Part shown: piece after piece, positions 40,045 through 52,309 of the stretch
Numbering within the stretch: position 1 is the first letter of the stretch
How the letters are laid out: every line of letters starts with the position of its first letter
Assembly (NCBI RefSeq): GCF_964204645.1
Contig: NC_134031.1
Span: 10,292,001 to 10,356,000 of the forward strand
Length of the DNA: 64,000 nt
Direction: 5' to 3'
From: Tubulanus polymorphus
Lineage: Eukaryota > Animalia > Nemertea
Position numbers and translations under genes: made by a program
The notes under the pieces: model-generated
Database searches by the model: none
What the model saw: only the letters and a program-made list of their open reading frames with translations
Told to the model about the DNA's origin: nothing

Positions 40045-41510
40045 TTTTGGTATTGTCGCCCGCGACAATTCATTATTTTGGTTTTATCGCCCGCGACAAT
40101 TCATTATTTTTGTTTTATCACCCGCGACAATTCATTAATTTGGTTTTGTCACCCGTGACAAATCAATATTTTGGTTTTGACGCCCATGACAATTCAATAT
40201 TTTGGTTTTATCGCCCGCGACAATTCATTATTTTGGTTTTATCGCCCGCGACAATTTTTTTTTTTTTGTCGCGGTTTTATCGCCTGCGACAATTCAATAT
40301 TTTGGTTTTGTCCCACGCGACATTTCATTATTTTGGTTTTATCGCCCGCGACAATTCATTAGTTTGTTTTTGTCGCCCGCAACAACTCAATATTTTGGTT
40401 TTATCGCCAGCGACAATTCAATATTTTGGTTTTATCGCCCGCGACAATTCATTATTTTGGTTTTATCGCCCGCGACAATTTTTTTTTTTTTTGTCGCGGT
40501 TTTATCGCCTGCGACAATTCAATATTTTGGTCTTATCGCCAGCGACAATTCATTATTTTGGTTTTATCGCCCGCGACAATTCATTATTTTGGTTTTATCG
40601 CCCGCGACAATTCATTAATTTGGTTTTGTGACCCGTGACAAATCAATATTTTGGTTTTGTCGCCCACGACAATTCAATATTTTGGTTTTATCACCCGCGA
40701 CAATTCATTATTTTGGTTTTATCGCCCGCGACAATTCATTAATTTGGTTTTGTCACCCGTGACAAATCAATATTTTGGTTTTGACGCCCACGACAATTCA
40801 ATATTTCGGTTTTATCGCCCGCGAAAATTCATTATTTTTGTTTTATCGCCCGCGACAATTCATTATTTTGGTTTTATCGCCCGCGACAATTCAATATTTT
40901 GGTTTTATCACCAGCGACAATTCATTAATTTGGTTTTGTGACCCGCGACAAATCAATATTTTGGTTTGGTCGCCCACGACAATTCAATACTTTGGTTTTA
41001 TCGCCCGCGAAAATTCATTATTTTGGTTTTATCGCCCGCGACAATTCATTATTTTGGTTTTATCGCCTGATGCGACAATTCAATATTTTGGTTTTATCGC
41101 CAGCGACAATTCATTATTTTGGTTTTATCGCCTGCGACAATTCATTATTTTGGTTTTATCGCCCGCGACAATTCATTAGTTTGGTTTTGTCGCCCGCAAC
41201 AATTCAATATTTTGGTTTTGTCCCACGCGACAATTCAATATTTTGGTTTTATCGCCTGCGACAACTCAATATTTTGGTTTTATCGCCAGCGACAATTCCT
41301 TATTTTGGTTTTATCGCCCGCGACAATTCATTATTTTGGTTTTATCGCCCGCGACAATTCATTAGTTTGTTTTTGTCGCCCGCAACAATTCAATATTTTG
41401 GTTTTATTGCCAGCGACAATTGATTATTTTAGTTTTATCACCCGCGACAATTGATTATTTTGGTTTTATCGCCCGCCACAATTAATTTTTTTGGTTTTGT
41501 CGCCCACTTT
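40045..41510 (+). repeat. 31-bp tandem satellite (~47 units), consensus TTTTGGTTTTATCGCCCGCGACAATTCATTA
   Basis: Period measured directly (e.g. 40061 to 40092); variant units recur. Confidence 0.95.
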
Positions 41511-41589
41511 ATTAGCTTTTGAATAATTAGGCCAATTAATAACGTAATAAAGACTTATGCTTTCACCTATTTGAAGTCGATTAATCTGA

Positions 41590-42660
41590 TATAGTACGGA
41601 AGCGATAAAGGGCCTCGAGTTGTCGAACGCGTTGGTTGGTTGTGACAGTCGTGTCGCGTCGCAGAAGGTAAAACACGTATGACTCCATGTGACTGGCGTT
41701 GCTGAAAGATGAGGACGCCAGTGATATGACGACTGTACGGAAGCGATAAAGGGCCTCGAGATGTCGCGTTCCAACTCGACAAGTCGCCATATTTATGTCG
41801 ACATACCGCGATATATCGCGTCAAGTCGACATGAATATGTCGATATATCGTGATGTTTTGACGACAACTCGAGGCCCTTTATCGCTTCCGTACTTTTTCG
41901 CCCATTTTCCACGGGACAAGCCGTCATTTGAAGACACGTTGAAATGTAAGATGAGGACGCCAGTAATATGGCGACTGTACGGAAGCGATGAAGGGCCTCG
42001 AGTTGTCGTGTTATTTATGTCGATATATCGCGATATATCACGTCAAGTCGACATGAATATGTCGACATATAGTGATGTTTTCACAACAAATTTTGCTTTT
42101 TTGCCCATTTTCCATAGGACAAGCCGTCATTTGAAGACATGTCTAAATGTAAGATGAGGATGCCAGTGATATGACGACTGAGTTTCAAGTCGTCATGAAT
42201 ATGTCGACTTGTCGCGAGGAAAATGGTCGTGAGAACGAAATATGTCGTCAAAACGTCACGATATGTCGACATATTGATGTCGACTTGACGCGATATATCG
42301 CGGTATGTCGACATAAATATGGCGACTTGTCGAGTTGGAACGCGACATCTCGAGGCCCTTTATCGCTTCCGTACGACTGAGTTTCAAGTCGTCATGAATA
42401 TGTCGAATTGTTGCGAGGAAAATGGTCGTGAGAACGAAATATGTCGTCAAAACGTCACAATATGTCGACATATTCATGTCGACTTGAAGCGATATATCGC
42501 GATATGTCGACATTAATATGGCGACTTTGTCGAGTTGGAACGCGACAACTCGAGGCCGTACCTTTAGCTAAAATGTCGTGATACGTGTGGCAATTTATTG
42601 AGACAATATCGCAAAAAGTCGACATAAAAATCACGACATTTTAAATAAGGTTTTCCTAGT
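41590..42660. repeat. GTCGAC/CGCGATATATCGCG-rich block of direct and inverted ~100-230-bp repeats (probable DNA-transposon subterminal region)
   Basis: gtacggaagcgataaagggcctcgag recurs in both orientations; 41735-41860 is inverted at 42250-42375. Confidence 0.7.
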
Positions 42661-43169
42661 AACATCGATATATTGAGATAGTTAACCTAATTTCAATAAG
42701 GGGACGCATACTTAATGATGTGTAATGTTAGATGAATATGAAAGAAGAAATGAAGTTGGCAGAAAAATTAAAATGACTTTATCATCACCAGAATCTGGTG
42801 GACATATTTAATGTTGGGGTTCAGGTAGAATACCCCAAATGCTGGGGCACAATAATAGTGTTCGATACATGGTCGATGAATTAAATAGGTCATTCGCATC
42901 AATACTTTGTCACAATTGATTTGCGGTATATTTTGGATTACTGTGTCATTTGTCAGGAAATGAAACAGTAGACGACTTAGGATACTACCTAGCGTGACTC
43001 CACTACTTAAGCACTGGGCGATTTCGTCGGCCGACGAAATCGCCGCCGATTTTATGACCGATTTGATCGCCGACAGACCCGGACACACTGGGCGATTTCG
43101 TCGGCCGACGAAATCAGCGAACAGCGCCGCTTATTTTGAAACGACCAGCTGCTAGCGCCACCTTTAATA

Positions 43170-45700
43170 AATAAACGTTGGGAGAACCGAAGAGACTGGG
43201 TTTTACCATGGATACGTCGTAGAAATGAGCTTGGCGTATTTCATACTCTGATTCGAGAGCTCCGTGAAGAAGATACTGAAGGCTTCATGGAATATATGAG
43301 AATGACTCCTGAATCATTCAACGAATTGCTGGCAATGGTGGGACCACTCATAAGAAAGCAAGACACGAATTGCCGAGAGTCCATAAGTCCCCAAATGCGA
43401 CTAGCAATCACACTAAGATTTCTAGCAACAGGTAGGCTTTTAGTTTCAGTAAGACAGGATCTGTTCTTCAATTTTATTATTTTCTGCTTTCATAAGGGTC
43501 TATCTAACATAACATGTGATTTTGATTAATTTTAGGCGAATCTTTTCACAGTCTGCATTTTTCGTACCGAGTAGGCCGTAGTACGATATCTGAAGCAGTG
43601 GAGGAATGCTGCGCGGCAATCTATGAAGTGATGAAGCACACCTACTTGAAGGTAAATATCGTTTACTACAAGATGGCAACAACTAGTAACTCCATAATCG
43701 CCAATTCGAACGAATGTTGAAATACTTTCGGGACGCTTTCTACGAAATACGTAGCAACACATTTTTGCAGTCGAAATTGAATGCAGTCTACTGTCAATTG
43801 AATTTGCCAACTAGGAGCAGCTTCTAAGACTAAAATTTCCAGAGAAAAAACGTACAGAATAAACTTACAACAAAAATGATATGTTTGAAAATATATTTAT
43901 TGGAAAATCCACGGTAGTGCTTGATAAGGCCTATCTTGTATTGCTTGCAACAAAACAGAAAAATATAAAATCTGTAATTCGAGTAATCTGTGGAAAGAAA
44001 ATAGGCCTCCTGCATTTGAACACTATATTATGCTAGATATACAACAGTCTGGATTAACATAAACATATTTTCAAATAACAGCAGTTAACAAATGCTATAG
44101 ACACAACGTGTGTATAAACGTAGAAAAGTGGTAGACTTCAAGTCAGTGACATCACAAAATAAACATTCAAACAATTCAACTTATATTAAAGCAATTAATA
44201 ACAATAACATAACCGGGTTAACATTAAAGCTCAGCAGACCGAGAATCAAGGTATCAATTTTGTTTAGCCTGAGTAATCATTTTCATTAGAAAATAATTAT
44301 GTGAGATCATTAATAGTATTTCATCGAATCGGTTAACACGGTGAATAGTTGTCCCCTATCTTGATGGTCGCCAAGATCTTGCGGTTGTTGATGCTGGGTA
44401 TATTGTGCTGTTTGTTGCGCTTGTTGTTGGGAATATTGAAATGGTGGTGGAGGAGGAAATGCATTTCTCATTTCTACCTCATTTATGATACAATTAATTT
44501 TGTGTTTCACCATTACAAAAGTGGGCTCATCAAATTTCTTTAGTGTCTTAATAAGGCATTTACCGAATGCCTCAACCTCTCCATCGTCTTTAGCCGGGGC
44601 GGGGACATTTTCCTTCGACTTCAAATACTTGGAAAAACTGGCTAGAAAATCCTGCTCGGTGTCTTCACGTTTACGTCGAGAATTCTTTGCCTCATTTCCC
44701 TTTGTTTTTAATGAGATTAAGCTTGCAGTGTCTCTTGACGGTGGTACTGTAGGTGGTGTAGTGGGTGAGGGTGTTGGTGTCCGTGGGAAGGCAACTTGGC
44801 AGTCATCTGTTTCACTATCAATTCCTTCAACATTTTCATCGTCATCATTGTTGTCTTGGGTAGCCTGAAATGATAATTAAATTTTATCTATATTTTTAGA
44901 TGCCAGATACAGAGGAACAATGGAAACAGATTGCCACGGATTTCGAATCTAAATGGAATTACCCATTCTGCTTGGGCGCACTCGATGGCAAGCATATCCG
45001 CATCAAAAACCCAAAACATGCAGGGTCTCTGTATTTCAATCTGTATTTCAGTTTTTATAGTGTGGTGCTTTTGGCATTAGTTGATGCGAATTATAAATTC
45101 ATCTATGTTTGTGCTGGAGCACCAGGGAGAAATGGCGATGCCGGAATCTATCGTAACTGTACCCTAAAAACTGCTGTTGACACCGGTCTTTTAAATTTGC
45201 CTGCACCAGGAGAACTCAAAGGCACTTCAGAATATTGCAATTTCCACATTATCGGAGACGACGATCCACTTGGGCCCCATATGATGAAGCCATATCCGCA
45301 TCGAAACCTTGAACGGGATGTCGTCCTGTTCAATTATCGATTCAGCCGGGCACGACGCGTTGTCGAGAACGTTTTTGGTATCATGGCGTCTAGGTTTCGC
45401 ATTTTTGAAAATGAGATACAACTTGAGCCCGATAAAGTAACTGGTCTAGTGCTAGCATCTTGTTGCTTACATAATTTTCTAGTGGAGAAACAAGCCCCCC
45501 ATTACATCTCAAATTTAATTGATGCCGAGGGAAATCTTGATAGAAGCACTCCTTCCCTGACTGCCCTCAGTACATGTTTAGGCAGGAATTCAACTGTAAC
45601 AGCTAAAGACCAGAGAGAAAGTCTGCGAAAATATTTCAAGTCCCCTGAAGGTTCTGTGCCATGGCAGGACAGAATGGTTGAAAAAAAATTAATGCAATGA
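43170..45700 (+). CDS. Harbinger DDE transposase, spliced: exon ~43170-43431, 43536-43651, 44900-45700; natural start missing
   Basis: WVLPWIRRR..RLAITLRFLATG|ESFHSLHFSYRVGRSTIS..YLK|MPDTEEQW..GALDGKH..IIGDD..RRVVENVFGI..CCLHNFL; GT-AG introns in matching phases (1, 0). Confidence 0.88.
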
Positions 45701-46790
45701 GAAAGAACTACCAGTAGTTTTGATTGGAATGACTGTTTGAGAATACAAAATAAAAATAGATATGTTCATTTAATTGTAATCACGTATTAGTCGTGTTGAC
45801 TTCCTGGGATAACAGGCAATCTGTAAATATCGCATCTTAATGGATCATACTTGTCTTACTCTTGTAATGCACTGTGTACTGTCAACCTACTTATGACCTG
45901 TGAAAATAAATTTCAATGAAAAGATTTGTATTACCTCGACTATTTCATATGATGTGGATGAGGATTGAGACCCAGTTGTCAGGTGTGGTTTCAAGAATTG
46001 AAGGTGGTCTTTCACCCACTGTTCTCTCTGAGTGAGATTTTTCCGCGCGCTTCCACTAGGTTGCTTGTTATGTACCCTCGAAAACATAGTACGAAGACTT
46101 TTCATCCGTGTGGCGACATCTTTAACTGCAAGATATCAAAATCAAAATCAGTTTTTGTACTTCCGTGTACAACAAGGAAACCTTACAGTTATAAACAAAT
46201 GCATCACGGATGTACATCCTGAGAGGAGGGGTAGTTTGAGTCATTTAAAACTTGGGGGGGGGGGGATGATTTTATACATATATTCATAGATTGGACCCGT
46301 AGACCAAATAGACCTAAATAGAAACTTTCAAAATCGAGCAGCAATTCGAAAATCAAAGCATTTTTAGCAGTTTAAGTCCAAAAAATCAAACAAAGGGATA
46401 ATTCTGAATTTAGGAACAGGTTACAGGATATGCAAGTTTTTAGAGCAACCACATTGACATATAGGCCCGTATAATAGATTTATAAAAAGAACCAGTTACT
46501 GTCGTTGCTTGTACGGTAGTACGCAAAGGCGACACAAAACTTAAACCCTCCGGATCAATTCACACAATAAATTGTTTTTTGATTGAATTGATTGACATTG
46601 ATTTTAAAGATATAATTTTACCTGTAACGCCAAGCTTTTCGGCAATATATTTTTTGACAGCTTCTTTCTTGGTCCGATCTCTATACTCTTGTAGGGAAGG
46701 ATTATACAGGGACGGGTTCTCTTCCCACAAAATTATCAGTTCAGCTTCTTTATCGCTAGTCGCCCAGGTTGACTCGATGGAGGTCGCCAT
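44310..46790 (-). CDS. Harbinger accessory MADF (Myb/SANT-like) DNA-binding protein with BESS-like C-terminus, 304 aa; exons 46790-46622, 46125-45935, 44864-44310
   Basis: AAAATGGCG start; LIILWEENPSLYN..YRDR..IAEKLG..MKSLRTMFSR..SGS..WVKDHLQFL; C-terminal DDGEVEAFGKCLIKTLKKF..KHKINCII; GT-AG introns give a 915-nt open frame. Confidence 0.85.
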
Positions 46791-47289
46791 TTTGCTATCA
46801 CGTGAACCGTCGAAGAGCCGTGATTGGCTGGTTAATACGGCGCTCGAGGCGACTGATCGCCGTACCCGGACACACTGGGCGATTCTGTCGCCGGCGACGA
46901 AATCGCCGGCGACAGAATCCAACATGTTGGATTCGGGCGATTTCGTTGGCCGACTAAATCGCCGAAGGCGATTGCCCGGACACACTGGGCGATTTTATCG
47001 GCGATTTCGTCGGGCGACGAAATCGGGCGACCAAATCGCCCAGTGTGTCCGGGCCTTTAGACCGACTTATTCCAAGATGAGGCGTTCAGTTGATTTTGGC
47101 TATAAGTTTTCGTTCAGAGATAACTGCTGAGCCATTTGGGCTACCTATCAGTGATATTGTTTCCTAATTGCCTGTTTAGTTAGTAATGGCTTATGTTGTG
47201 CCTTATCAAATGCTTTGTCGAAATCCACCGATGAACAGGATTCTAAGACAGCAGAAAACCCGTTATTGCTGCTTTGCAGCTATATCTAT

Positions 47290-49827
47290 TATTATCTTTT
47301 TCCACACTTTTTTTGTCAAAAGTACATAGGCTTTTTTATATTACCGCTGTTGCCGATACAATCCGTCTGATTTCATTCAGCTCACTTCGATCTACAAATA
47401 CTCCGTGCGTATTTTGAAGAATCAACGTTACAAAAGCACTATCAGGCCGTAAACATCGAAAATTGAGTCCCATTCAAAGAGCCGACATGTTTTTCTAAGT
47501 CGTCTTTCCGAAATGTACCGCACGTTTCTTGTCACGTCGATTATCAATTCAAGCATAAATTAACAAATTTATTACCCAAAGATTGCACATTCAGCTGCGG
47601 TTTTTAAAAACTAATTTTAACAATAGCCCATTTTCCTCATCAAATCATATTACTGATACTCAGGAGATTTACTACTTTAGATTTTAAAAGCACTGTCGAG
47701 CCGTAAACATCGACGAATCGACGTGTGTCGCTACATCGTCGTTCCGGGGATCAGCTGCGAGTTTCCCCTCATCATGAGAATCAAATCGAGTACAAATTAA
47801 TTTATTACTACCTGTGATTTGGCCACGGGCTTCAAGCAGTTGTGTATTTACTAAGATTAATCATTGGCGTACCGGGGAGTCGTAGGCCTAAACTAAACAC
47901 GCCGAAGAGATATAGCGGAGAAAAGATGTGTCGACGAGGTATCAAAATAAAAGAATATATTACTTTATTCGGCCGCAGGCTTCAACCATTTATCAATACT
48001 CTATATTTCAAACTTTGTCAAATGCACAAGGTATTTACTAAATACAAGTAATTACAATTTAATTGTACGCGACCTTTAGGCTTTAGGCCTACCGGTACTG
48101 AGCTTTACTGTCTCAAACAAACACAGGATAATTGTTGCGTTTACTAATGTACTCATTGGATTGAATTTCAAAACAAAATTCGAAATAAAATTCCGGCAAG
48201 ATTGCTACGATGTACAAAAGATTTCTTTCTTCATAATCCGTAAATGATATCGATTTTACGAATTGAATACCCCAGAGACCTATCTTTGTTGAATAAGGTG
48301 TATACGATGTTTCGGAGGGTTGAAATTCAATCGGCCTACGACCAATCCGTCCGGATTTTAGGCCTACGCATATACATAGGCCTACATAGGATAGTAGCCT
48401 CTATGATGTAAAAGCTAAGTTCACTGTAAAGGAGGAATCAGGTTTATTAAAATGCATGATAATTAGTGATTTACTGGTTCTGACTTGCAACGATCAATCA
48501 CAATTATCAATTTTATTGGCAAAAATGAGTTTTTTTGAAAATTTCTTCTGAGCAGACAGCTTTGTAAGCCAGACTTTTCATTTGGGTTTTTTCATCATAA
48601 GTAAAACTGGTATTTCATTAATTCCTAAGATTTTTTTTTGAAAATTTCGTCTGAGCAGATCAGACTTTTATAAACCAGACTTTTCATTTTTTTCATCATT
48701 AATGAAACTGGTATTTCATTAATTCTTATGAATTAAGTTACTGTGGAGCCCCAAGATCTTTTTTTTTGTTCAAAAGACCGTTCGCTCGAAAAAATTTTTT
48801 CGTTCCAAACAATAATATTTTCTTCCATTGAACCGAGATTTGAAAAAATTGTTAGATCAAAGTTGTTTTCGTTCCAACAAACTTTATGTTGTCCAAACGT
48901 AAGGTTTTTCGTTAACAATTGTTCGATCGAACAGAATCGTTTTCATTCAAACATTCGTTCAGTCAAAATTGTCTTTGCTCAATTGTTTTTTTTGTTGCAA
49001 CGAAGAAAAGTACCCAATCGAAAACAAAAAGCGTATTGTTCGATCAGACAGAAATGTTTTCATTCACACAAAATTTTCTTCGCAACATTAAGTTTTTTTT
49101 CGAACAGATATATCGTTCGATGGAAGCGTTTTTCGTTCCTAAGAGTAAAATTTTGTTGGGACTAAATAGTCTTTTCGTTATAATGAGTAATCTTTATTCG
49201 AACAAAATAATCTTCTCATTGAACACAAAGGTATAATCTGAACCTGGGTTTTCTGACCATGAACTGAACACGGCTTGTTTAGGTCGTTTTGGAAATATAC
49301 TCTGTCTGGCACATTTCGGATTACTCTGTATATCATCTATCAAGAGAGTGAAGAGAAGACGACTTAGGATACTACATAGCGTGACTCCACTAGTTAGACC
49401 GATTTAGTCCAAGATGAGACAGTTCCGTTGAATTTGGCCACCTGCTTTCATTCAGAGAAATCTGCTGAGCCATTTAAGCGACATCATTGATACCGTTTCT
49501 GAATAGCTTGTTTAGTAACTGCTGTTGTTTAACCTTATCAAATGCTTTTTCGAAATCCATAAAGACAAGGCCTAACAGTCGATTTTCGGAACAGTCGAGT
49601 CAAATAACCATCTGGTCATCCATGGTAGGCTAATTGACTGTTTGTCAACGGTCCTTTTATAAAACCGAGTTGACGGTTGAACAGGATTCTAAATTCCCTT
49701 CATTTTCATGGCATGGTGCAGCTGCATCAGCGTACACGCCATGGCCAACCCAATATCCAGACAAGATCAAGAATGCGAACAAGGATGTGCAGAAAACCCG
49801 TTATCCCTGCTTTATAGCTATATTTTT
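47290..49827 (+). mobile_element. Helentron-family B-type body (outer copy; head at 38593-38640)
   Basis: Repeats the 38720 body start; tail 49789-49827. Confidence 0.85.
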
Positions 49828-50099
49828 AGAATTATTCTTGAAATTTAGGCTATTAGACAAATTTCCCGTATACAACATAGATTTGTGATATTGTTACCAT
49901 GTAAAAAAGGTGATAAATTTGTTTTTTTTTGCCCAAAAATTTTGCCAAAAAAAAATTTCTACCTACCTTCTGACTCATCCTGAAAACTTGAGTCAGTGTT
50001 ACAGCAAACTGACAATTATTTTGGGATAGCTTTATGATTATGATAATAATAAATGATAACATAATTTTACTATAAATGTGACTCATCTGAAGTTTTTAT

Positions 50100-50860
50100 G
50101 GTTCATAATGAGGAAAAGAGGTGTTAAGGACTTGTAGGTTTTCATCAACAGTTAAAAGATTGCTATCTCCAAAAAAATTTCAGAAATTTACATTTATTTG
50201 ATATAGTTAGTGTTTCAAAATAATCCTGGATATATGGTCTAATTCGATTTAAGTCTGTAAAGAGATGGAAAATTTTGTATAAATGGGGAGGTTGCTGGCA
50301 CTGTAAGAGAAAGCGTTAAGTACTGAGAATAACATTACATTCAAAGCAATACGGAGAAAGGACATCAGTGAAGTAATGACGATATAATTGACCTCTAAGA
50401 AATAGATCGACACAGATTTGTTTAGGTAGATCTCTCCCAAACGACTTAAGTTCGGTAACATAATAGTAGATATATGGGACAAAGGACTTAAGTTCGGTAA
50501 CATAGTAGTAGATATATGGGACAAACTTGTCTTACTATGCAAAACTTCTGATTTGAATTGAGAAAATGTGGGTAGATTTCTTATATATTGACTAGTATTA
50601 TTCCAGGAATGAATTAATTTCAACGAGGATTCAAGAGAATTATTAAATTTACCTGATAAGGGAATTGGGATGTGGAATTGGGATCTTAGGACCTTTTCTG
50701 GGTTAGAAGTGAATTTCTTAAACAGTGATAAAACATATTGAGGTGATTTACCACATGACACTTTAAACATATACATTTGAAGACGCTTGTGTCATCTGGC
50801 AGCTAGAGTTTGCCAATTTAATATATCTAATACCTTAGCAATGATTGAAGGTACTGAACA
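50100..50860 (-). pseudogene. Decayed LINE (CR1/L2-like) ORF2 3' end
   Basis: QTLAAR..KRLQMYMFKV..SPQYV..IHSWNN..IRNLPTFSQFK resembles the post-RT C-terminus; frameshifts and a local duplication. Confidence 0.55.
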
Positions 50861-51192
50861 TGTTGATCAAAACTCAGGTTGTTTTCCAAAACAAAGCCCA
50901 AACGCTTATGCTTAGTTACTGTTGATATGGGATCGTTACATATATACAGAGGATTATAAAGTTTATTACCTCTTTTGGTAAAAATTACATCACAGCTTTT
51001 ACTAGCATTGAATTCTAGACACCATAATGAGGACCAATTTTCTAGTTAAACAAGGTCATCTTGTAGTACTTTTTTTCCTCGGTTTGGTCCTTGCTGTGAT
51101 CTGGGAGATAGCCTGACTGCTTATCATAAAGTAAATCATTTGCTAATAGGTGTTTCAGAATTGGATCGTAAAGGAATCTCTCAAACATTTTA

Positions 51193-52305
51193 CAGAGAAT
51201 AGAATTCCCCGCGGATCCCCTCGGTATTGAAAAATATCATTTCTCCAAATAGTCCAAATATGATGTAAAAGTATAGGGAGTGATGATGGTCTCACTCAGC
51301 TGGTCCGGCGCGATTGGTAATCGCTTGACAGGCGCGGATCTAGGGAGGGGGCCCGGGCCCCCTCCCTCCTTTAAGTGAAGATCATTTTTTTTTGACCGAC
51401 CGCCCGCCACTCGCTTAATATTAACGCCGCGCTGTGCCATGGCAGTCGAGTTCACACGCACCGGAACATCGTGGAGCCGTTCAGGAAGCATCCTCGCTTG
51501 CCAGGGGTCCGGTATCCCCCCGAACTCGCTTCCCGAACTCGCTTCCACCAGTTCGGCAAACAGCTTTAGCGTAGTGGGTTCGAATCCCTTGACGGGTGAA
51601 GATGTTCAGGAAGTGAATTGCTGTGATGGATATATGCAGTTTTAAATGAAAATTAATCCCTTTGTTTTAGTTGATCAGCAGCAGAATAGGGGAAAGTATT
51701 TGTCATGAATTCTTGCCTCAGAATGCAGGAAATGGCTCCAAAACAGAGTAAAATTTCAAAAATTTTCTAAGGGAGGACCCCGCAGACCCCCCGCAGGGGC
51801 TTCGCATCTTTGTCGCTAAGCGTAGGAACGTCTCGTGCCTCTGCGCTCGGTGTCAATACAGTATCATCATAGCTTCATTTATTAGTTGGTCCCCCCCTAA
51901 ATTGGGCTCTAGATCCGCCCCTGGCTTGAACCGTAAAAACGTTCAGCGCCTGTTTTACTAATTGTCGCGTATTGCATCGCAACACTGATTTTATATCTAC
52001 TTCGATGTGTATGTATTTTATCGATCGTTTGCAGACACGCGCGCATGGCAACAGTAGTAATGTATATGCCTACTACTATTGCCGAGCGGGTACATGGCCA
52101 ATGCCTTCAGTCATTATGCTCCGTATGCAGGCTCCAGTATGATGATTTTTGCAATAATTCAGGGCTCGACCCGTAATACATGAGATGCTGATTATCATCG
52201 AATGAGGATATGCCACATTGGAAATCGCAATTACCTACCAAAATATAATAGTCATTCATGAGTTCAAGATCGCTCTAAGTGCTCGGAGAAGGCTTTTAAT
52301 TTCTA
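51193..52305 (-). mobile_element. Copy of the 26077 MITE family, interrupted and truncated
   Basis: Reverse complement of 26190-26762. Confidence 0.8.
51329..51923. mobile_element. MITE, CAGG(C/G)GCGGATCTAG TIRs, 6-bp TSD GCTTGA
   Basis: gcttga|caggcgcggatctag...ctagatccgcccctg|gcttga. Confidence 0.88.
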
Positions 52306-52309
52306 ATAT

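Larger units (their letters stand above)
43010..47056. mobile_element. PIF/Harbinger DNA transposon, TSD TTA
   Basis: Right TIR AATCGCCCAGTGTGTCCGGGCCT|TTA; left TTA|AG-CACTGGGCGATT (9 nt missing); empty site ccactagTTAgacc in paralogs near 33941 and 49388; two Harbinger-type genes inside. Confidence 0.92.
38647..47288 (+). mobile_element. Helentron-family B-type copy (inner), hosting a satellite block and a Harbinger transposon
   Basis: Head 38651-38678, tail 47251-47287; flanking parts colinear with 32220-34181 and 47290-49827. Confidence 0.8.

Noticed and set aside
40047-41454. Many overlapping 60-190-aa ORFs, and a CRISPR-like look of the array
   Set aside because: All are translations of the 31-bp satellite; units are contiguous with no unique spacers, and no cas genes are present.
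41466-42516. Repetitive ORFs on both strands (MSTYRDISRQVD...)
   Set aside because: By-products of the direct and inverted repeat block; no domain motifs.
46579-47130. 183-aa plus-strand ORF and the N-terminal extension of ORF 46560-46985
   Set aside because: Antisense to MADF exon 1 and running through GC-rich subterminal repeats; the real start is ATG 46790.
51555-51590. Isolated GGTTCGAATCC B-box matches (also ~426 and ~60657) as tRNA genes
   Set aside because: No cloverleaf or properly spaced A box visible.
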